A program made the translations under genes and the position numbers. From Mitosporidium daphniae (lineage: Eukaryota), in contig NW_013546423.1 in the NCBI RefSeq assembly GCF_000760515.2, positions 1 to 39,656 of the forward strand: a stretch of DNA of 39,656 nucleotides. Reading direction: 5' to 3'. The notes below the pieces were generated by a model. That model was not told the origin of the DNA. It did not search any database and saw only the letters and a program-made list of their open reading frames with translations. Shown in pieces: positions 35,401-39,656 of the stretch (positions are counted from its first letter, which is position 1; the number at the start of each line of letters is the position of its first letter).

Positions 35401-36375
35401 CTCCGTATGTACAGATGCCATTGTCCCGTTTTCAAAGAACCGAAGGAAGAACACCAGTGTAATGCTTAGGTATGCAAACCTGCTCATAAAATAGATATTC
35501 AATGGACATTGCAGACCCCCATGCAGCACTAAGAAACATACTGATTGACTGTGGCAAGGTAGGTTGCATGCACATTCTAAAATCTTGACCTTTTACGATT
35601 CCACGTGCAACACAATCATCCCGGCCTTTGCCGAGCTAAAGCTATTGTGTCCCAAGGACTTTGCTCTTTCCGCCATAATTTTAAGCCACGCACATGCAGA
35701 TGCGTTTTATGGGCTGGACGACTTGAGGCATTGGACGTCTAAATCACGGATCCAATCGCACATCGACATTTATGTGGATTCGGTATCCTTTCCCGCCATC
35801 CAGTCCGTCTTTCCGTACCTTGTCGATACGTCATTTGCAACGGGCGGAGGGTCTGTCTCGCAAACAAAGTTCCACGTTTTTGAGCCCTCGCTGCAAACCG
35901 TGCTCAAGTTTCCCACAAAAGATCAAGACAGCCCGTTCTCTATCCATACCATTCCAGGTATGCAGTTATTCCGATATTTTTAGTCCAGCACGGGGTTTAT
36001 TCTGAGCCCGATAAGCTCAATAGGCCATTCATGTCTTTGGGATTTTATTTTGACACCATTGCTTACATTTCAGACGTGAGCGAGTTTCCAACAGAGTCGA
36101 TGGACTTTCTAAAGTCCAAAAAGGTCTCGTTGTTGATAATTGACTCTCTGTATCCATTTGGGTCGTATTCAAGCCATTTTTGCTTTGATCAGGTTTTGGA
36201 TTTGGCAAGCATCCTGCGTCCCGAAATCGTTTATATTGTCGGCACTACGCACACATGGGACTACCGGTTGTCGAAAGATTTTTTTGCCAACCACCCCCGG
36301 ATTTTGGCATCTCCAATCTTGTCCAAAATAAGCTTCCATATGGCGTTTGACGGGCTGATTTTGGAGTTTGCGTAA
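35207..36375 (+). CDS. PhnP-like metallo-beta-lactamase-fold hydrolase, 4 introns (one apparently GT-TG)
   Basis: LLFVGT|GASCSVP, KNRRKNTS, ILIDCGK|TFY, SHAHADAFYGLDDLR, YISDVS, SHF, VGTTH and AFDGL. Confidence 0.88.
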
Positions 36376-36380
36376 TAAAT

Positions 36381-37433
36381 TTAATAGGGAGTAACATCTT
36401 CCATCTCAATGTCATCGGGATCCGTGTCCTCGTCTTCTTCTCCCTCGTCGTCGTAGTCTTCGTCGGCCATTTCGTGCTCTGGATGGCCCGTTGCCGCGCC
36501 AGTGCTTTCGGAAGCAATGGGCCGTGAAATCGATGGCGCAATTGCCGTGGCAGCTCCCGATCTGTTTGCATTCAAATATTCTGCCTTCAATTGATAGCAA
36601 CCCTTAAAGTCGCCGCGTTTATTGAGGTCGCATATTTCGGCAAGCACTTCTTTCAAGTAATTCTATTGGAGAGGTAATGCATGCAAATTCAAACTGATGG
36701 CTGCTTGGTGTACTCTAAAATGTCTTTGAAATTCCAGTATTTGAATTTTTCAAACGCTGTAAATAAAAAGTCCAGCAGGGCTTCTTTGGGCAGCCTTTCC
36801 CTTCGAAGCTCAACAGGGATTTTTCGCCGTCCCTACAAAGAAATAACAAGGCTACAAACGTACACCGGTGAGCACAACGGATTGGGGCAAAGGCCTCATA
36901 AAAGATGCACCAACGCCCTCTTTTATGGAGTCTATCAGCTGAAGGGTGCGTTTTGGCTTGTTAAAGTGCAGGTTTCGAGCCTTGATGACATCTCTGTATG
37001 CTTGATTAACACTTGAGGGCCGAAGATGACATTCATGCTCGATTTTGCCCTCAATTGCAATGGCACCTTGGAAATTAAGTCCACTTTGTTACTGTTTTGT
37101 TCTTCCGAGAAAATATTATTGGCCTTTGATTGCTTTAGAAACACCATATCATATTCTTGAGGCAGGTGTGCCGTGTGAGAATTGCTTGAAAGGTGAAACG
37201 TAACCTATGCGTTAGCCAGCTGGTATCGCAAAGGTACCCTGGTAGGAGACCCGGAAGTCTGCTCGTATATTCTGACGGAGCCAAGCTCGACATCATCTGT
37301 CTGCTGTGCGCTCCAATGTGTATAGAGAAAGTCGGGCAACTATTGGAATGAACATGGAGCATTTTCAAACTTTAACCAGCCATATCCTCCTCTCCGCATG
37401 GCTGACATCGATTTCTTGGTTCAAGTCGTCCAT
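36381..37433 (-). CDS. TFG2: Transcription factor IIF beta subunit (Tfg2/RAP30), 5 introns
   Basis: IDVSHAERRIWLVK|LPDFLYTHW, LPQEYDM, IEGKIEHECHLRP, RLPKEALLDFLFTAFEKFKYWNFK...TKQPS|NYLKEVL and YQLKAEY, with an acidic tail. Confidence 0.93.
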
Positions 37434-37486
37434 TAAATTAAAATTTTGCTGCATTTTTGGTATTTAAAATTTATAGAGACAACCAA

Positions 37487-39656
37487 ATGGAAACTCAAAA
37501 TGGAATTCCAAAAAATCATGTCAATATTGCCAACTTGGATGATAGGGTAAAAACGGCATCTGCTCAAGATGCGAATTCGATTAAAGGAGAGCTCGAGTTT
37601 CTCATCTACAAATACACGAAAGCTTTTGGTTCAAATTCGCATTCAGAAAATGATGGGCATGCAACCGGGTGTGGCAAGTCGTTTTATGCAGGATTGACTT
37701 GGAAAGGATGTGCAAGAATAGCCAGCCTGGAGGACATGGTATGAATGGTGTTGATCCAAGTTTCTCACTAGAAATTGAAATATGCCAATATCCCCGATGA
37801 TTATCTTCTCAGAATGGTTGCCTTTTGGACGAAGAGGCTATTGCACTTTCCCATCCAGCCAGAAGATGGCCAAAAGTGCACAAAAAGACGAAAAAAATTT
37901 CTCGAATTTGCGCAGACGCCATCTCTGGTCGACCCCAATGCCAGCAATTACGAATTACTTTCCCCTTCTTGTGCCCCCAATTTGCAATCCTCTGATGCAT
38001 GTGATGCACCGAGAAGCAATAACTCATCCCTAAGTAAGATATATGATTCCGATCTTTATTAGATTTCCTCAACTTGTACAGACAAATCGACAGCCGTGAT
38101 GTGGAAAGTGTTCAAATTAATGAGGCAATATACAAACGATGCAAATTCCACGAATTAAAAACGGTTCAGGGGCATTGCCAGCCCATTTACTGCCTATCTT
38201 TTGATCGGAACGAGAACGTCTTTGTCACTGTATTAATTTTTCGGCCATTTTATTTTTTATTTAGGGTTCTGACGATGGTTTGATTAAACTTTGGTGTTTG
38301 AAGACATCAATTTTATTGCAATCTTTGAGGGGCCATTCAGTACATTCCAATTCTAACCCTAAATTTTAGAATTGCATTTCCGACATTTCAATTTGCAGCC
38401 GAAATGTGCTTTTAGCCTCTGCTTCGCTAGATGGCACCATTAAAATCTGGAAGCTCCACGATGGGACTATTTTGCGGACGCTATTGAACGTACGCCCTTT
38501 CATTTGAGTTCTAGAATTCCGAAGTGTCCACAATTGAATTTCATCCGCTGTTTTACGAGGGATATCCGTTTCTTCTTTCTTCTGGAAACGATGGCATTTG
38601 TAAGATTTGGAACTTGACCCTCTGTGGTGATGGTTACAATATTTCCTCTGTGAAGGTGATGCCCTTTTATTGTAAGACTATCATGTGAGACCAAATCAAA
38701 TGTGCCGCCTTCTCGCTTGGAGGCGCTCGATTTATCGTTGGAGGGACTGACGGCCTTCTTCGCGTATACAAGGTCCCAAGTTCTGAGCACGAAGGCTTCA
38801 TATATATTGTCGACGACGAAAGCGAATATGGCCATTTGTCTTCGAGCTTGGAAGTTGACTCTGACGGCCAACAGGTGGCCACCTCTGCCAGCAGAGGTAG
38901 TAGAGAATCAAAGTCGATATCTCCGGTTTCGCTTGTTTCGCGACCTCAAATGGAAAAAAATAGCCTTGACCACATATTGGTGGCATTTGATGACCATCTT
39001 GGCTACATCACGTCCATTGCTTGCGGCTCGGACGGCCCGATTTTGAGCGGGTTTGTTTTTACAAAATAACTGTCGTCTCCTAGATCATGGGACGGTACGG
39101 CTCGCATTAGGTCGTTCAATTTTGACACCAAATGCTGGGACACATTGACTCGTAAGTTTTTGTCGCTTCCCTGTAGTATCGGTTGATGGCCATTTAGACA
39201 AATCGCACGAAAATATCCACTTGAAAGTAACCAATGTGTTTTGGACGGTCAATGACAATTTCATTTTGACGGCATCAACGGACAATATCATTAGGGTTTG
39301 GGTTGGCCTTAACTTTAGATATGGAACCCATTTGAGGGCTCGATCATCAATACATTTAGCAGGCATTCGGATGAAATTTACATCTTAACGGGGCACCCAT
39401 ATGCCGAAAACATTATACTGTCTGCGTGCATTGGGGGAAAGGCCTTTCTTTGGGACGTCTCAACAGGGAACGTCATTTTTGGTACCCCACCATTTGTTGA
39501 TTTCATTTAGAATACGAGTACGATGGCCGCCGATTTTTAGATGGCCATTTTTCGCCATCTGGATCGTTTTTTTCGCTTACAGACGATCTGGGCGCCTGTA
39601 CGCTTTTTGGACTGGAGAAAGACATTCTCAATTCATACAGCATGTCTCCCGTGGAG
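37487..39656 (+). CDS. BRWD1/PHIP-like WD40 protein, 5' part (runs off the window), with one in-frame TGA at 38686-38688
   Basis: ELEFLIYKY and NIPDDYLL N-terminal motifs, GHCQPIYCLSFDR...VT|GSDDGLIKLW, further WD repeats, HSDEIYILTGHP and FLDGHFSPSG...TDDLG. At least 9 GT-AG micro-introns. Confidence 0.85.

Noticed and set aside
35119..35529. Upstream extension of ORF 34690-35529 overlapping the hydrolase antisense
   Set aside because: It crosses the AT-rich promoter and mirrors the + strand gene. ATG 35118 is the better start.
38353..38362. Second telomere-template-like 10-mer, CTAACCCTAA
   Set aside because: It lies in a 30-nt BRWD intron where CTAAC is the branch site, with no flanking structure or room for an RNA gene.
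1..39656. CRISPR arrays, intact transposons, tRNA or rRNA genes, prokaryotic operons
   Set aside because: None were recognised by eye. The window is spliced eukaryotic housekeeping DNA, though a tRNAscan/Rfam run would be needed to fully exclude small RNA genes.

Overview
Gene-dense eukaryotic nuclear DNA read in the standard genetic code. I reconstructed 22 protein-coding genes by hand; they cover almost the whole window. Spacers are mostly 5-120 nt, and there are roughly 80 very short GT-AG introns, mostly 23-39 nt, which is why the ORF track is fragmented. Gene order: STE20/OSR1-like kinase, secreted carboxylesterase, mitochondrial ribosomal bL9m (only partly visible in the ORF track), RPL23, NOL9/Grc3, IWS1/Spn1, PACT-domain Pcp1/pericentrin-like, Nup98 ending at the HF cleavage site, VPS9-domain protein, HMT1/ABCB6 half-transporter, Fyv7, cyclophilin, a 660-aa unknown, Nop7/pescadillo, GCP3/Spc98, DASH Duo1-like, ZZZ3-like SANT protein, RBM39, SNAPC4-like multi-Myb, PhnP-like metallo-beta-lactamase, TFIIF-beta, and a truncated BRWD/PHIP WD40 gene. 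Compaction, micro-introns, a DASH subunit, a mitochondrial ribosomal protein and genes lost in budding yeast suggest an early-diverging Cryptomycota / short-branch microsporidian-type genome (inference). The top finding is a ~200-nt, 50% GC non-coding island between NOP7 and GCP3 (25997-26192). It carries a CCCUAACCCUA telomere template directly 3' of a hairpin and inside a long-range helix, making it a candidate minimal telomerase RNA. Other oddities are an apparent GT-TG intron, an in-frame TGA in the BRWD gene, 11-12-nt microexons, long RPL23 introns and a phased 11-bp promoter repeat. All assignments come from motif recognition; no database search or folding program was run.
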